DNA of 64,000 nucleotides from a virus. The stretch is taken from positions 64,001-128,000 of IMG/VR virus record IMGVR_UViG_3300042887_005324; one strand, given 5' to 3'. The first letter of the stretch is position 1, and the number at the start of each line of letters is the position of its first letter. The notes beneath the pieces were generated by a model. The model ran no database searches. It was not told the origin of the DNA and saw nothing but the letters and a program-made list of their open reading frames with translations. The position numbers and the translations under genes are program-made. Shown piece after piece: positions 1-10,807 of this stretch.

Positions 1-481
1 ATATGAATTGATCAAAATATTGGTATCTTGACATTACTGACTTAACATCATTTACTGGTAGTTCTATTGTTTTATATAGGAAAATAAAATGATCAGAATA
101 AGACTTAAAATCTATATTTATATTTTTTTGACCTAAAGCCGTGATTACTTTCAGAAAACATTTGAATAGATTCTTACCACCTAATATTTGATTTGACTCT
201 AAAAGATTCGCATCTACATAAGCTGTGATATCTGGATCTTCTTCTTTTTCAGTTCTGTTTCTATAATCTTCAATTAACTTTAATATAGTATTTTGAGTTT
301 CTTTATCCAATAAGTTAATTGCATTTGAAATTCTAATTGTTGGATCAATGTCTTGTGTATAGTTAGAAATGATATTAAGAATGTATTCATCATTTTTAGA
401 TAAAGATTCAATATACTCACCAATACTGTCAAAACCTTTATAATAAGATTCTTTAATATACTCTTTATACTTTTTAATCAT
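1..481 (-). CDS. hypothetical protein (3'-truncated by window edge), N-terminal capsid-targeting-like leader MIKKYKEYIKES
   Basis: ATG at 481-479 directly after the AATATATA motif (486-493); frame stays open to the window edge; not in ORF track. Confidence 0.75.
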   Translation of the reverse strand, partial: MIKKYKEYIKESYYKGFDSIGEYIESLSKNDEYILNIISNYTQDIDPTIRISNAINLLDKETQNTILKLIEDYRNRTEKEEDPDITAYVDANLLESNQILGGKNLFKCFLKVITALGQKNINIDFKSYSDHFIFLYKTIELPVNDVKSVMSRYQYFDQFI

Positions 482-498
482 AGTTTATATATTAAAAG

Positions 499-2490
499 CT
501 ATAATCCGAATCTATCTTTAGTGGCATTGAAATTCTGTAATACTTCTGTAGAATTCAATACTTTATTATACATTCTAGATAGAGCGATGTTACCAGTTAA
601 GTAATCATCCCATAAACCTAATACAAAATTTGATGTTTGGTTTTGACCAGTTCTAGTTAGACTAGCTGTGTTATTCTCAACACCATTTATATAAATTCTA
701 GCAGTTGCTGAGGTATTATTAGAATCACCTTCATAAACACAAGTCACATGATACCAAGTATCTGAGGATAATGAATTAGTTGTTGTAAACGATGACCCTG
801 AGTCAATTTCCCATCTAATATTATTACCTTGAGCTTGGACATTTATATAATTACTGTTCATTGGATCATTAAAAGCAAACAATCCTTCATAAGCAGAACC
901 ACTAAATTTAGCAACACACTCAACTGTAAATCCATTACTGAAATTAATAGTATATGTAGAAACAGAATCAGCAGTGTGACTTCCATCAAAAATAATATAT
1001 CCACCATCATTAGGACTATATGATAAACTATTCATTGTTAAATTTCTTGAATTTCCAGAAATATCAAACCAAGTTGTGCCAGTGCCAGGATATGATTGAG
1101 GTAATCCAGCATCAACATAAAATTGTAAACTTTCTGTTACATAAGGAGGTGCAAAAGAAGGTAAACTACTTGTCCAACCAATATTAGAAGCAGTTACACT
1201 ATGTAATAAACCACTCACATCCACACTTGGTGTTGTTTGTTGGGAGTGTATTAAAAATTTAGTATTAGAATATGTTGCACTTAACTGAACTTCTGGAACA
1301 CTAAAAGTTCCAGTATATAAACCAGTTCCATTTATAAATCTAACATTACTAATAATACCATTAAAATAGTAATCACTATATGATGTATAATATCTACCAA
1401 CAACTAAACTGCTAATAGTATAATCTGTAGTATCAGCAACTTTATTAACTAAATTACCATTAATAAAGTAACTTGAAGTACCACCAGTTCTTGATATAGC
1501 AACATGATACCATTCATCATTACTAGCAGTATATGTTGATAGTCCGGTTCCTGCTGAAGAAAATTCAATTAAAGGTTCTGATGTATTTGCCGATTGAAGG
1601 TTTATAGATATATTATTGTTACCAACTTGTCTTTGGGAAACAATCCCGGTATAAGGATTACTTGCTGTTGATGCCTTAAAGAAAGCTTCTACTGTAAAAT
1701 CATTCGTGCCTAAAACATAATCATTTGATGTGCTTATTAAATAAGAATCAGTATCATTAAATGTCATACTACCAAAAACATATCCATGTACAACTTTATT
1801 AGAATTAAAATTAGACAATATTCTACTCACACTAAATGCTTTGTCACTAACTCTAACTTTAGAAATTTTACCATCAAAATAAGTATTATAAAAATGACCA
1901 ATTTTTAAAGTTGATGTATCAGAAACACTATGTGTTCCAGGAGTATCTGTTTCCTTTAACTCACCATTAAGATATAGTTTTCTATTAGTTCCATCAAAAG
2001 TAGCAACACCGTAATACCAGTTACCAACTATCATTGAAGATGTTCCTGACAAACTAAATGTAATATCATTATTCCACCAATAATTAGTAAGTCCATTAGC
2101 AGATAGTCTAAGAACATTTGACATATTATCATTACTAATTGTTCCCCATCCAATAATAGCACCTTGTTCTAGAACATCATATGAATTTGAGTTAAACCAA
2201 GCCTCAATTGTGTATTGTGAATTTCCAGCTGGAATACCCTCTGATTGTGTGAATGAAATATAAGAACTTGAACCATCAAAAGATAATGATGTACTAGGTA
2301 TTGAACCAGTAACAGATGAAACATTATTCAATATACCATTATTTTTTCTTATACTTAAATCCGACCAAGTTACTCCTGTGCCTGGATAACTCAATATATT
2401 ATTGGAGTCAAGTGATAAAACCAAACTTGGTGTCGCACTTCCTTGAAATAATCCTTTAGGTCCTAAAAATGTTGAAGCTCTTGATATCAT
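499..2490 (-). CDS. virion-associated protein with three LamG/concanavalin A-like domains
   Basis: Repeated LamG signatures (YTIEAWF..WYYGVATFDG..LYLNG; FTVEAFF..WYHVAISR..FING; WYHVTCVY..IYING) and LDSNNILSYPGTG-type motifs. Confidence 0.8.
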   Translation of the reverse strand: MISRASTFLGPKGLFQGSATPSLVLSLDSNNILSYPGTGVTWSDLSIRKNNGILNNVSSVTGSIPSTSLSFDGSSSYISFTQSEGIPAGNSQYTIEAWFNSNSYDVLEQGAIIGWGTISNDNMSNVLRLSANGLTNYWWNNDITFSLSGTSSMIVGNWYYGVATFDGTNRKLYLNGELKETDTPGTHSVSDTSTLKIGHFYNTYFDGKISKVRVSDKAFSVSRILSNFNSNKVVHGYVFGSMTFNDTDSYLISTSNDYVLGTNDFTVEAFFKASTASNPYTGIVSQRQVGNNNISINLQSANTSEPLIEFSSAGTGLSTYTASNDEWYHVAISRTGGTSSYFINGNLVNKVADTTDYTISSLVVGRYYTSYSDYYFNGIISNVRFINGTGLYTGTFSVPEVQLSATYSNTKFLIHSQQTTPSVDVSGLLHSVTASNIGWTSSLPSFAPPYVTESLQFYVDAGLPQSYPGTGTTWFDISGNSRNLTMNSLSYSPNDGGYIIFDGSHTADSVSTYTINFSNGFTVECVAKFSGSAYEGLFAFNDPMNSNYINVQAQGNNIRWEIDSGSSFTTTNSLSSDTWYHVTCVYEGDSNNTSATARIYINGVENNTASLTRTGQNQTSNFVLGLWDDYLTGNIALSRMYNKVLNSTEVLQNFNATKDRFGL

Positions 2491-2506
2491 TATCTATTTT
2501 ATTTAT

Positions 2507-5500
2507 TTATGATGCGAATGTTCCCATTTGTCCTAATACTTGAGCAACTGTTCCAGAACTATTAATAATAAACATAAGTCCAATTATATCTACTTGATCT
2601 GCATTACCAGTTGGTGCTTCACCATTCGCCCATTTAATTGTATGAGATGTAGTATTGATTGTAAGACCCGTAATCATATATGCACTACCACCTTGATTTA
2701 GTATAAGTGTGTAAGTAACAGTTGTATTAGGGATCAAAGGTACACTTGTGAAGTCAACATCAAAGTCTGTTGTTAAAGAACCAATATATTTTACTGCACC
2801 ATCTGTGAAACTAATTGATACTGGAGTTGAAGTGATTGTACTTGTTGTATCAGAAACTTCGACTGTTTGTCTAAAGTTAGTTGTGCCGTTCATAAATATA
2901 GTATTATTAAAATTACAGACTGACAAACCAGTACCACCTATTATTACAGAGTTACTTGTACAACAAAGTGTGTTACAACATCCACCTATAATAGCTGAGT
3001 TGTAAACATTACCACTTTCGCTACCTATCATGTTACAATATCCACCAAGTATTGATGAGTTTTTAAGGTTTCCGACGTAAGTATACATACTATTACATCT
3101 ACCACCAATAACTGATGAATAACAATCTCCATAAGTACAATTCTGTTTTCCCGATAGTATTGATGAGTAACAAGAACCATAGGTTCCATTACTAGATCCT
3201 CCTAGAATTACAGAATAATCAGAATCTTGTAATTTGTTACAACAACCTGATAGTATACCTGAGTAACAAGACGAATTTACTCGAGCACAAGCTCCAGTAA
3301 TAACAGCTGAATAACGACTATTACTACACACACAGTTATAACAACCAGCAATAACAGCTGAATAACAACTACTATTACAAATTGAGTTATAACAACCTCC
3401 AAGAATAGCTGAATGCTGTGAGTTATTTCTGATAACATTAGAACATCCACCAATTATACTTGATTGATCTGAACTACAAATGCAGTTATCGACTCCACCA
3501 ACTATTGACGATTCATAGGAGTAGTTACAGACTCGATTGCTTCTTCCACCAGTTACTGAGGATTGTATTGAATAATTTGAAACTGTGTTTCTACAACCAG
3601 CTCCGATAAAGGATCTTATAGAGGCGATATTTATGCAGTTATAGTAACCACCAGCAATGACTGAATTACAAGTTGGGTCTGGAGAACCTTCAGTTCCAAT
3701 AGAGTTACAGAAACCACTAACCACAGCAGACAGTCTTGAATCACCCTGTATGGCATTTTGACAACCACCCACAATAGATGACATTCTAGCATCTTGTTGT
3801 ACCGTGTTTTGACAACCGCCTAAAATTGTCGAAGAATGAGCGTACCCACAAATTCTGTTACTGCGACCACCTAGTATACCTGAATAATAGTTACAATCAC
3901 CACCTAAATTAAAAATACAGTTGTTTTGTCCGGCGATAATAGCTCCTGCATAACCTCTACACATATCATTGTTATCACCACCACTAATTATTGATTTGCT
4001 TGATCTACAAAGTGTGTTATTTCTACCACCCGTTACGGATGAATGGTCACTGTTATCATCTATTACATTTTGTTGACCGCCAAGTATTGTTGAATTACCT
4101 GATCCGTTATAGATGCCATTCGAGTAACCACCAAGTATTGTTGAATAAGATGAGTTACTACAAATGTCGTTACATCTTCCACCAATAATTGATGAGAACC
4201 CAGAGTTGTCACATATTTTATTTATATTCCCACTTATTACTGAACTACCAACAGAACCATCTACTCTATTAAGAGTACCTCCAATAATACTTGCTCCAGC
4301 CGAAGCGGTAACACCATTATAAGAACCACCAATTACAGAACCATTACTTGAGTTATAAATATAGTTACTTGTACCAGTCATTGACTCAGTTGCACCGTTG
4401 ATTATACCCCCAAAATTTGGTTGTAAACTAACTAATGTTCTATAGTTAATGTTACCAAGGCCATCTTTTGTAAGAATCTTATCATCTGAAGGTGAGTTAG
4501 AAACTGAACAAACTCTCAACTTAGGTACAGCGACCATACTATTCACGCCATCTAATGTCATATTGACTCCACCAATTATAGCTGAGTTATATGAGTTATT
4601 TATAGTGTTATTTCTACCACCAATAATAGATGAACGATAACTATAATTTTGAATATTATTTGAACATCCACTCAAGATACCTGATTCGAAAACACACGAG
4701 TTGATAATATTTTGATAACCACCTACAATTGCATCATTCGAAGCTGCTGTACAAATTGTATTACAGTAACCACCAGAAATCACTGAATAGTCAGATCCAC
4801 TACATATTATATTACAATATCCGCCAGAAATTAATGAATAATCAGAACTACAAATTGTATTACATTTACCAGCCACAACACCACTACTGATTGAAGAGTC
4901 ATGAATACAGTTAAAATGACCACCAGCTATGATTGATCTATCACTTTGTCCACAAATTTGGTTTTCGTGTCCACCAAGTATAGCAGTTCTTTGTGATGAA
5001 TTAAGAATAGTATGATTTGATCCACCAACTATTACAGAGTTGTATGATTGACACAACTGTGAATTGCAATTCGATATTATCGAACTTCTACATGCTCCAT
5101 CAATTTTATTATTCTCACCACCAATTATATTCGAATTATTCGAACTAGTTGCGATAATATTAGCGCATCCTGCTAAAATTGCAGAACGATAAGTATTATT
5201 TAGAATTGAATTACATACTCCGGATATAATACTAGAATCAGTAATTTGATTAGATATTATATTACAATATCCATTGTCAATCGAAACACGATATGAATTA
5301 TTAATAATACCGTACCTACCACCCATAACAATTGATATACCAGAGTTACAAATTTTTGATCCTTCACCACCAATTATTGAAGAGTAATCACTATTAGAAC
5401 AAATGATGTTGTAACATCCACCTAAAATTGAAGATCCTTCTGATCCTCCACAAATATTATTAATATATCCTCCAATAATAGCTGACTGATGTGAGTTATT

Positions 5501-7393
5501 ACAAATGAAGTTATTCTCACCTCCTATAATTGTTGCATTATCTGAAGTAGTAATATTACTATTTTGACCACCTACAATTGCTGCATTAGATGAAGTAGCA
5601 ATAGTATTATTTTCACCGGATATTTCGCCACTACCAATAGTAGAAGCTTGTCTAAAAGTTATATTACCATTTGCATCAGCTACCAAGACTTTTGTATTAT
5701 TATTACACTCATCTAAGTTATTAATCTTCAAATAAGGAACCAATACAGTATTACTTTGTGTAGCTAATGTTAAGTTTGAACCACCCAATATAACTGAGTT
5801 TTCAGAGTTAACAATACTATTTGTAAGACCTCCTATAATTGAGTTACCCCCAAGTTTAACGGTATAAATATCACCAAATTCATCACTAGCAGTAAGACCG
5901 CTTGTTATAATTAAATTTGATTCACCACCAATAATTGATGATTTAGTTGAATAACAATCTATTCTATTACAACACCCACCTAAAATACCAGAATTATTAG
6001 AGTAGCAATTTAAAGTATTATAACCACCTCCTAAAATAACACCATAGCCATTATCATTATTACCACCAATACATATTGTATTACAACAACCACCAATTAT
6101 AGCAGAGTATTGTGTTTCACAAATCAAACCACGAGAACCCCCAACTATAACAGAATAATCAGATTCTCCATAAATTTTGTTAACTTGACCACCAATAATT
6201 ACCGAGTGATCTGAAGAACAAATTATGTTATCACATCCAGCTATAATCGAGTTAACTCCAGAACCATAATCTCCAATAACTTTATTACAAGCTCCACCAA
6301 TAATTGATGAGTTACAAGAATTGGATACTATTTGATTATAATATCCACCAATAATAGATGAGTTATTTGAACCAGTCCCACCATAATAACCACCACCAGC
6401 GGTAGAACCAAAAATTTGGTTACAAACTCCACCAATAATTGATGAGTTACAAGATGCTAAATATATAACACTTCTATAACCACCTATTATAGATGAATAA
6501 GAACTTTGACAAACAATTGTGTTACAACATCCACCCAAGATAGATGAATTGCAACTTTGACAAACAATTTTGTTACGAGAACCACCCAAGATAGATGACT
6601 CCCTTGATTCATCACAAATACTATTGCAACATCCACCAATAACTGATGAATTACAAGAACCAAAACAGTAACCATTAGATTCGGTAATTCCATATTTGCC
6701 ACAAATACTATTACAACATCCACCCATTATAGATGATTCACAAGAGTATCCACAAATTACATTATATTGCCCACCAACTATTGAAGAGTTTTTTGAATTA
6801 TCACACACACAGTTATAATAACCACCTATTACAGAAGAACAACTTGATGAATCGTTCATACGGTTACCATAACCCCCAACTATAGATGAATCATTTGTAC
6901 CAGTACAAATTTCATTACATCTACCACCTATTACAGAAGAACCGCAACTATCTTCCATGCAGTTACGACATCCACCCAATATAGATGACCGACAACTATA
7001 GTCATTAATACAGTTTTCATATCCACCTATGATTGAAGATGAGTTAGATTCATAACAGATTTTATTAAGAGTACCTCCAATAATTGATGAATTAAATAAA
7101 CCCTCACCACCACCATCTAAGGAGTTTGTAAGACCACCTAAAATAACACCATTATCAGTGTTGTTTTTGGTGTGACCATTTCCTACAATAAGATTTTTGT
7201 CGGCGTCAAATGTGAAATTTTGTGATCCAGTTGCTGGATTACCAAGACCACCTCCAATTGAAACAAAATCTTCATTTAAAGTACCACCACCCGAAAGTGA
7301 AATTTCTTCAAGATATTGAAAGTTTCCATCCATTTCAGCGATGGTTAGTCTTCTACCGATTTGACCTCTTAATACTAACGAGTAAGTTGACAT
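2507..7393 (-). CDS. Cys-rich beta-roll repeat fibre protein (S-S-I-I-G-G-x-x-N repeats)
   Basis: 1628 aa, mostly ~15-16 residue SSIIGGCCNxI repeats; C-terminal domain shared with 12458..14143. Confidence 0.75.
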   Translation of the reverse strand: MSTYSLVLRGQIGRRLTIAEMDGNFQYLEEISLSGGGTLNEDFVSIGGGLGNPATGSQNFTFDADKNLIVGNGHTKNNTDNGVILGGLTNSLDGGGEGLFNSSIIGGTLNKICYESNSSSIIGGYENCINDYSCRSSILGGCRNCMEDSCGSSVIGGRCNEICTGTNDSSIVGGYGNRMNDSSSCSSVIGGYYNCVCDNSKNSSIVGGQYNVICGYSCESSIMGGCCNSICGKYGITESNGYCFGSCNSSVIGGCCNSICDESRESSILGGSRNKIVCQSCNSSILGGCCNTIVCQSSYSSIIGGYRSVIYLASCNSSIIGGVCNQIFGSTAGGGYYGGTGSNNSSIIGGYYNQIVSNSCNSSIIGGACNKVIGDYGSGVNSIIAGCDNIICSSDHSVIIGGQVNKIYGESDYSVIVGGSRGLICETQYSAIIGGCCNTICIGGNNDNGYGVILGGGYNTLNCYSNNSGILGGCCNRIDCYSTKSSIIGGESNLIITSGLTASDEFGDIYTVKLGGNSIIGGLTNSIVNSENSVILGGSNLTLATQSNTVLVPYLKINNLDECNNNTKVLVADANGNITFRQASTIGSGEISGENNTIATSSNAAIVGGQNSNITTSDNATIIGGENNFICNNSHQSAIIGGYINNICGGSEGSSILGGCYNIICSNSDYSSIIGGEGSKICNSGISIVMGGRYGIINNSYRVSIDNGYCNIISNQITDSSIISGVCNSILNNTYRSAILAGCANIIATSSNNSNIIGGENNKIDGACRSSIISNCNSQLCQSYNSVIVGGSNHTILNSSQRTAILGGHENQICGQSDRSIIAGGHFNCIHDSSISSGVVAGKCNTICSSDYSLISGGYCNIICSGSDYSVISGGYCNTICTAASNDAIVGGYQNIINSCVFESGILSGCSNNIQNYSYRSSIIGGRNNTINNSYNSAIIGGVNMTLDGVNSMVAVPKLRVCSVSNSPSDDKILTKDGLGNINYRTLVSLQPNFGGIINGATESMTGTSNYIYNSSNGSVIGGSYNGVTASAGASIIGGTLNRVDGSVGSSVISGNINKICDNSGFSSIIGGRCNDICSNSSYSTILGGYSNGIYNGSGNSTILGGQQNVIDDNSDHSSVTGGRNNTLCRSSKSIISGGDNNDMCRGYAGAIIAGQNNCIFNLGGDCNYYSGILGGRSNRICGYAHSSTILGGCQNTVQQDARMSSIVGGCQNAIQGDSRLSAVVSGFCNSIGTEGSPDPTCNSVIAGGYYNCINIASIRSFIGAGCRNTVSNYSIQSSVTGGRSNRVCNYSYESSIVGGVDNCICSSDQSSIIGGCSNVIRNNSQHSAILGGCYNSICNSSCYSAVIAGCYNCVCSNSRYSAVITGACARVNSSCYSGILSGCCNKLQDSDYSVILGGSSNGTYGSCYSSILSGKQNCTYGDCYSSVIGGRCNSMYTYVGNLKNSSILGGYCNMIGSESGNVYNSAIIGGCCNTLCCTSNSVIIGGTGLSVCNFNNTIFMNGTTNFRQTVEVSDTTSTITSTPVSISFTDGAVKYIGSLTTDFDVDFTSVPLIPNTTVTYTLILNQGGSAYMITGLTINTTSHTIKWANGEAPTGNADQVDIIGLMFIINSSGTVAQVLGQMGTFAS

Positions 7394-7487
7394 AATTCTA
7401 TTATTATTTTATTAGTTTATTGGATTATATATTAAAAAAAGAAAACTAAAAAAGTCAAACAATAAATTTTTTTTTCATATAAGCTCT

Positions 7488-8069
7488 ATGAATATTGTAA
7501 AACATGAATTTAAAATCTCTAAAGGTGACAGAGAAAAAATCAAAGACCAAAAATCAATGACTATTTGGATGTCTGGTCTATCTGGTTCAGGAAAATCAAC
7601 TATTGCAAACAATGTTGAGTTTTCACTCAACTCATTAGGATATCATACCTATATTTTAGACGGTGACAATACTAGACTTGGATTGAATAAAAACCTAGGA
7701 TTCTCTGAAGAAGATAGAATTGAGAATATTCGTAGAGTATCAGAAGTATGTAAATTGATGAACGATGCTGGTATAATTGTAATTTGTTCATTTATATCAC
7801 CTTTTCAGAAAAATAGAACTCAGGCTCAAGAAATAATCGGAGATAACTTCTTTGAAGTATTTGTTGATGCTGATTTATCAACTTGTGAAGAGCGAGATCC
7901 AAAAGGTCTTTATAAAAAAGCAAGAGCTGGTGAAATTAAAGACTTCACTGGGATATCATCACCATTTGAAGCACCGGAGAATTGTTTAGTATTAAAAAAC
8001 AATACACTCGAAGATTTAGAGAATAATACTAAAACTCTTGTAGAACTAGTAGTAAAAAATCAAAAATAA
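7488..8069 (+). CDS. cysC: adenylyl-sulfate kinase (APS kinase)
   Basis: [10 protein letters not shown]-loop, [40 protein letters not shown]. Confidence 0.95.
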   Translation: MNIVKHEFKISKGDREKIKDQKSMTIWMSGLSGSGKSTIANNVEFSLNSLGYHTYILDGDNTRLGLNKNLGFSEEDRIENIRRVSEVCKLMNDAGIIVICSFISPFQKNRTQAQEIIGDNFFEVFVDADLSTCEERDPKGLYKKARAGEIKDFTGISSPFEAPENCLVLKNNTLEDLENNTKTLVELVVKNQK

Positions 8070-8074
8070 AATAT

Positions 8075-8536
8075 ATGTGGAGTAAAGTAAATCATGGTGG
8101 AGAACCAACTACTAACCCCGATAAAAAATACGCCATCTTTATTGGTCGTTATCAACCTTATCACTCGGGCCATATTGAATTAATTCAACAAAAACTAAAT
8201 CAAGGTATACCTGCTTTAATCATGGTCAGAGATATTGCACCTGATGAAAAAAATCCATTTACTACTGGCCAAACAGTTGAAATGATTCAAAAATACCACG
8301 CTGCTAAAGGTGATGATGTTAAGGTTGTTATAATTCCAGATATTGAATCAGTAAACTATGGTAGAGGTGTAGGTTATGAAATTAATGAGTTTACACCACC
8401 AGATAATATTGGCTTTATTTCAGCTACAAAGATTAGAGATTCTATCAAGAATGGTGATGACTCTTGGAGATCTATGGTTGATGAATCAATACAAGAAGAT
8501 ATAGTAAATTATTTAACTAAGTATGCAAAAAGCTAA
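8075..8536 (+). CDS. HIGH-family nucleotidyltransferase (cytidylyltransferase-like)
   Basis: GRYQPYHSGH (HxGH), NPFT and ISATKIR motifs. Confidence 0.8.
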   Translation: MWSKVNHGGEPTTNPDKKYAIFIGRYQPYHSGHIELIQQKLNQGIPALIMVRDIAPDEKNPFTTGQTVEMIQKYHAAKGDDVKVVIIPDIESVNYGRGVGYEINEFTPPDNIGFISATKIRDSIKNGDDSWRSMVDESIQEDIVNYLTKYAKS

Positions 8537-8960
8537 AGTTTTTCAGATTAGATTCAACACACATTCAAAATCTGAAGTAGATAGATGGAGACTTATTGAA
8601 AATGGTAACGAAATATTAGTTTCTGACATAATGATTGATGGTCATACATACACCACTAAAGATTGGATGGAAGAAATAAATGATTGGAAATGGCATATCA
8701 GTTGTAAAGGACACTGTGAAGTAAAAAACAATATAGCTTTCATTACTACTGTTAAAGAACAATCTGTCTTATTAAGACACTTTTTGAAAACTATAAGTTA
8801 TCGTTTTTTAGGAACTCTAACCACTGTTATCACAGCTTATTGTCTTGGTGCACCTATTGCATTAGCTTCAATGTTAGGTGTTGGTGAAATATTAATTAAA
8901 CCCGTTATTTACTTTCTACACGAAAGAATGTGGTATAAATTTGTAAAAGTTAAAAAATAA
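8523..8960 (+). CDS. protein with C-terminal DUF2061-like membrane domain
   Basis: KTISYRFLGTLTT...EILIKPVIYFLHERMW pattern. Confidence 0.7.
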   Translation: MQKAKVFQIRFNTHSKSEVDRWRLIENGNEILVSDIMIDGHTYTTKDWMEEINDWKWHISCKGHCEVKNNIAFITTVKEQSVLLRHFLKTISYRFLGTLTTVITAYCLGAPIALASMLGVGEILIKPVIYFLHERMWYKFVKVKK

Positions 8961-8988
8961 AAAACCTCTCAATTCGAGAGGTTTTTTT
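8961..8988. terminator. bidirectional intrinsic terminator
   Basis: AAAACCTCTC-AATTC-GAGAGGTTTTTTT between convergent genes. Confidence 0.8.
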
Positions 8989-8995
8989 ATATCAA

Positions 8996-9802
8996 CTATT
9001 TCTTATTTTTTACTTTCCAAAACTCTGTATTATGTAGCTTTTTTGCCCAACTATCACCTATAATGTCTTTAGCGTCTGAAGTAGCAGGTAGAAGTTTTCC
9101 TTTTTTAATTTCGTGTAAATCACTACCCCACCCATATCCAGCATCATTTTCTCTAATTACTTGTTCAATACTATTGAAATCATGCTGGTAAAAATCCTCA
9201 CCAATGAAATCATATAGTTTCTTAAACCAAGTTTCAGGATCTGATGTCCATGCTTCATATGGGAAGAAAAGAATTCTATCACCTAAACCTCTCTGAATAG
9301 TATCTAAAAGTGAAACATAAGGTCTACCAATAACACCTTCATCAGAAGTCCAGACACCGACTCTGCCGTCAATTGTTTTCATTTGTGTATTGGAAAATTC
9401 TCCATGAATTTCACCTTCTGCTCTGTTTTTTCTAAATAACTTTTCAAAGCTAGAGCAAATATCTTCTAAGTTTCTAACACAGGCAATAATTCTTGCTTGT
9501 TTACCAGTCACTTTTTCAACAAACTCAATATGTGAAGACCAACCTCTATTTTTATCAAAGATAATTTCTTTATCGGTATTATGATAAGATTGCATAATAG
9601 CTCTGATTACACCCCACTTATCTTGGCCATCCGGAAAAGAACGATGTGATTCTAGTTTATCCCAATTGTCTCTCATTTGTAACATCAATTCTAGAAAAGA
9701 AGAAGTTGTTGTGGAATGAAATCTTGGATTTTGAAGAATTATATTTGTCAATAAGGTAGAACCACTTCTTGGTAGTCCACCAATAAAATAGTGTTTTCTC
9801 AT
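8996..9802 (-). CDS. PAPS-dependent sulfotransferase
   Basis: 5'-PSB loop GGLPRSGSTLL, DKN motif, 3'-PB motif RNLEDICSS, YE and LYDFIG. Confidence 0.88.
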   Translation of the reverse strand: MRKHYFIGGLPRSGSTLLTNIILQNPRFHSTTTSSFLELMLQMRDNWDKLESHRSFPDGQDKWGVIRAIMQSYHNTDKEIIFDKNRGWSSHIEFVEKVTGKQARIIACVRNLEDICSSFEKLFRKNRAEGEIHGEFSNTQMKTIDGRVGVWTSDEGVIGRPYVSLLDTIQRGLGDRILFFPYEAWTSDPETWFKKLYDFIGEDFYQHDFNSIEQVIRENDAGYGWGSDLHEIKKGKLLPATSDAKDIIGDSWAKKLHNTEFWKVKNKK

Positions 9803-10692
9803 TATAGTTTAATTAGTTTGTTTATTATTTCGTTTGAATCGAATAATTTTAGTTTATCGTATGGAAATTGAATTGGATTACCACCAATATCGAAATCCTC
9901 TAAGTAGGAAGAGTGATATGTATCAAAAGATGTTCCAACATTTGGTGTAACATTATTATGAAAATCATATCCAAGAACATCTGGTTTGTTTCCAATCCAA
10001 CAAACTACTGATACTTGATTTAGAGCCATAGCAGCGTGTTGTGAGAAAGAATCGATAAACAATCTTTTTCTAGAAAATAAAGGAGCTGCTAAGATTTCTC
10101 TTGTTTCCAATGTTAATTTGTTTGCTCCTTCAATAAGTCTTTGACCTTCGTATCCGATTTGATAGATATGATAATCATTTTTGAAGTAGTCAACTATCTC
10201 TTTTGCATTTTGGTGTGGTAAATCTCTGTACCAAGAATAAGGTCTTGAGTTCTGACCACCACCTCCGCCACTTGTATGAATTAAGAATATCGGTTTTGTA
10301 ACATTGTTCAACATCTTAATTTTTATGAATTCTAATTCAAGAGGCGAAAAATACAATTTTGGACCTGATTGATTATTTTTAATTCCGTAAAGATCACACC
10401 AAACATCGATTAGATGTTTTTTATTTAGAATATAATTCTCTGAATGATAAGGATCAATTCTAAAAACTTTTGTGTCTTTATCTTTTATAAAATTTTTATA
10501 AAAGTTTGCTATTTGTCCTAAAGGATAGACTTGATAAATATCTGGATTATTGAACCAAACTTGAGGCCAAGCAGTTACTAAAATAATATTTCTTTCGGGG
10601 TCACTTTCTTTAAGAGATGAAACTACAGCTGTGGCTAAGATATTTTTACCGATTCCTCCTTCAATGTGGAAAACACTGAATTTTTCTTTCAT
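9802..10692 (-). CDS. GT9-like (heptosyltransferase-fold) glycosyltransferase
   Basis: N-terminal GGIGKNILAT and C-terminal FIDSFSQHAAMAL resemble GT9 GxGD..T and DSGxxHxAxAL motifs. Confidence 0.65.
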   Translation of the reverse strand: MKEKFSVFHIEGGIGKNILATAVVSSLKESDPERNIILVTAWPQVWFNNPDIYQVYPLGQIANFYKNFIKDKDTKVFRIDPYHSENYILNKKHLIDVWCDLYGIKNNQSGPKLYFSPLELEFIKIKMLNNVTKPIFLIHTSGGGGGQNSRPYSWYRDLPHQNAKEIVDYFKNDYHIYQIGYEGQRLIEGANKLTLETREILAAPLFSRKRLFIDSFSQHAAMALNQVSVVCWIGNKPDVLGYDFHNNVTPNVGTSFDTYHSSYLEDFDIGGNPIQFPYDKLKLFDSNEIINKLIKL

Positions 10693-10742
10693 ATTTTGAC
10701 TTTTTCTTTTCTAATTATATCAAATTAATGAGAAAAGTTAGT

Positions 10743-10781
10743 ATAAAAAAAAAGAGTTAACTCAACTATTTGAGTTAACTC
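10743..10781 (-). terminator. intrinsic terminator
   Basis: GAGTTAACTCAA-loop-TTGAGTTAACTC hairpin followed by a U-tract on the minus strand. Confidence 0.75.
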
Positions 10782-10807
10782 ATTTAAAGATTATATTGAA
10801 AGATGAA

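Noticed and set aside
2507-7393. Possible diversity-generating retroelement or ice-nucleation repeats
   Set aside because: No reverse transcriptase or TR/VR pair seen; the repeat consensus differs from the InaZ AGYGSTxT repeat
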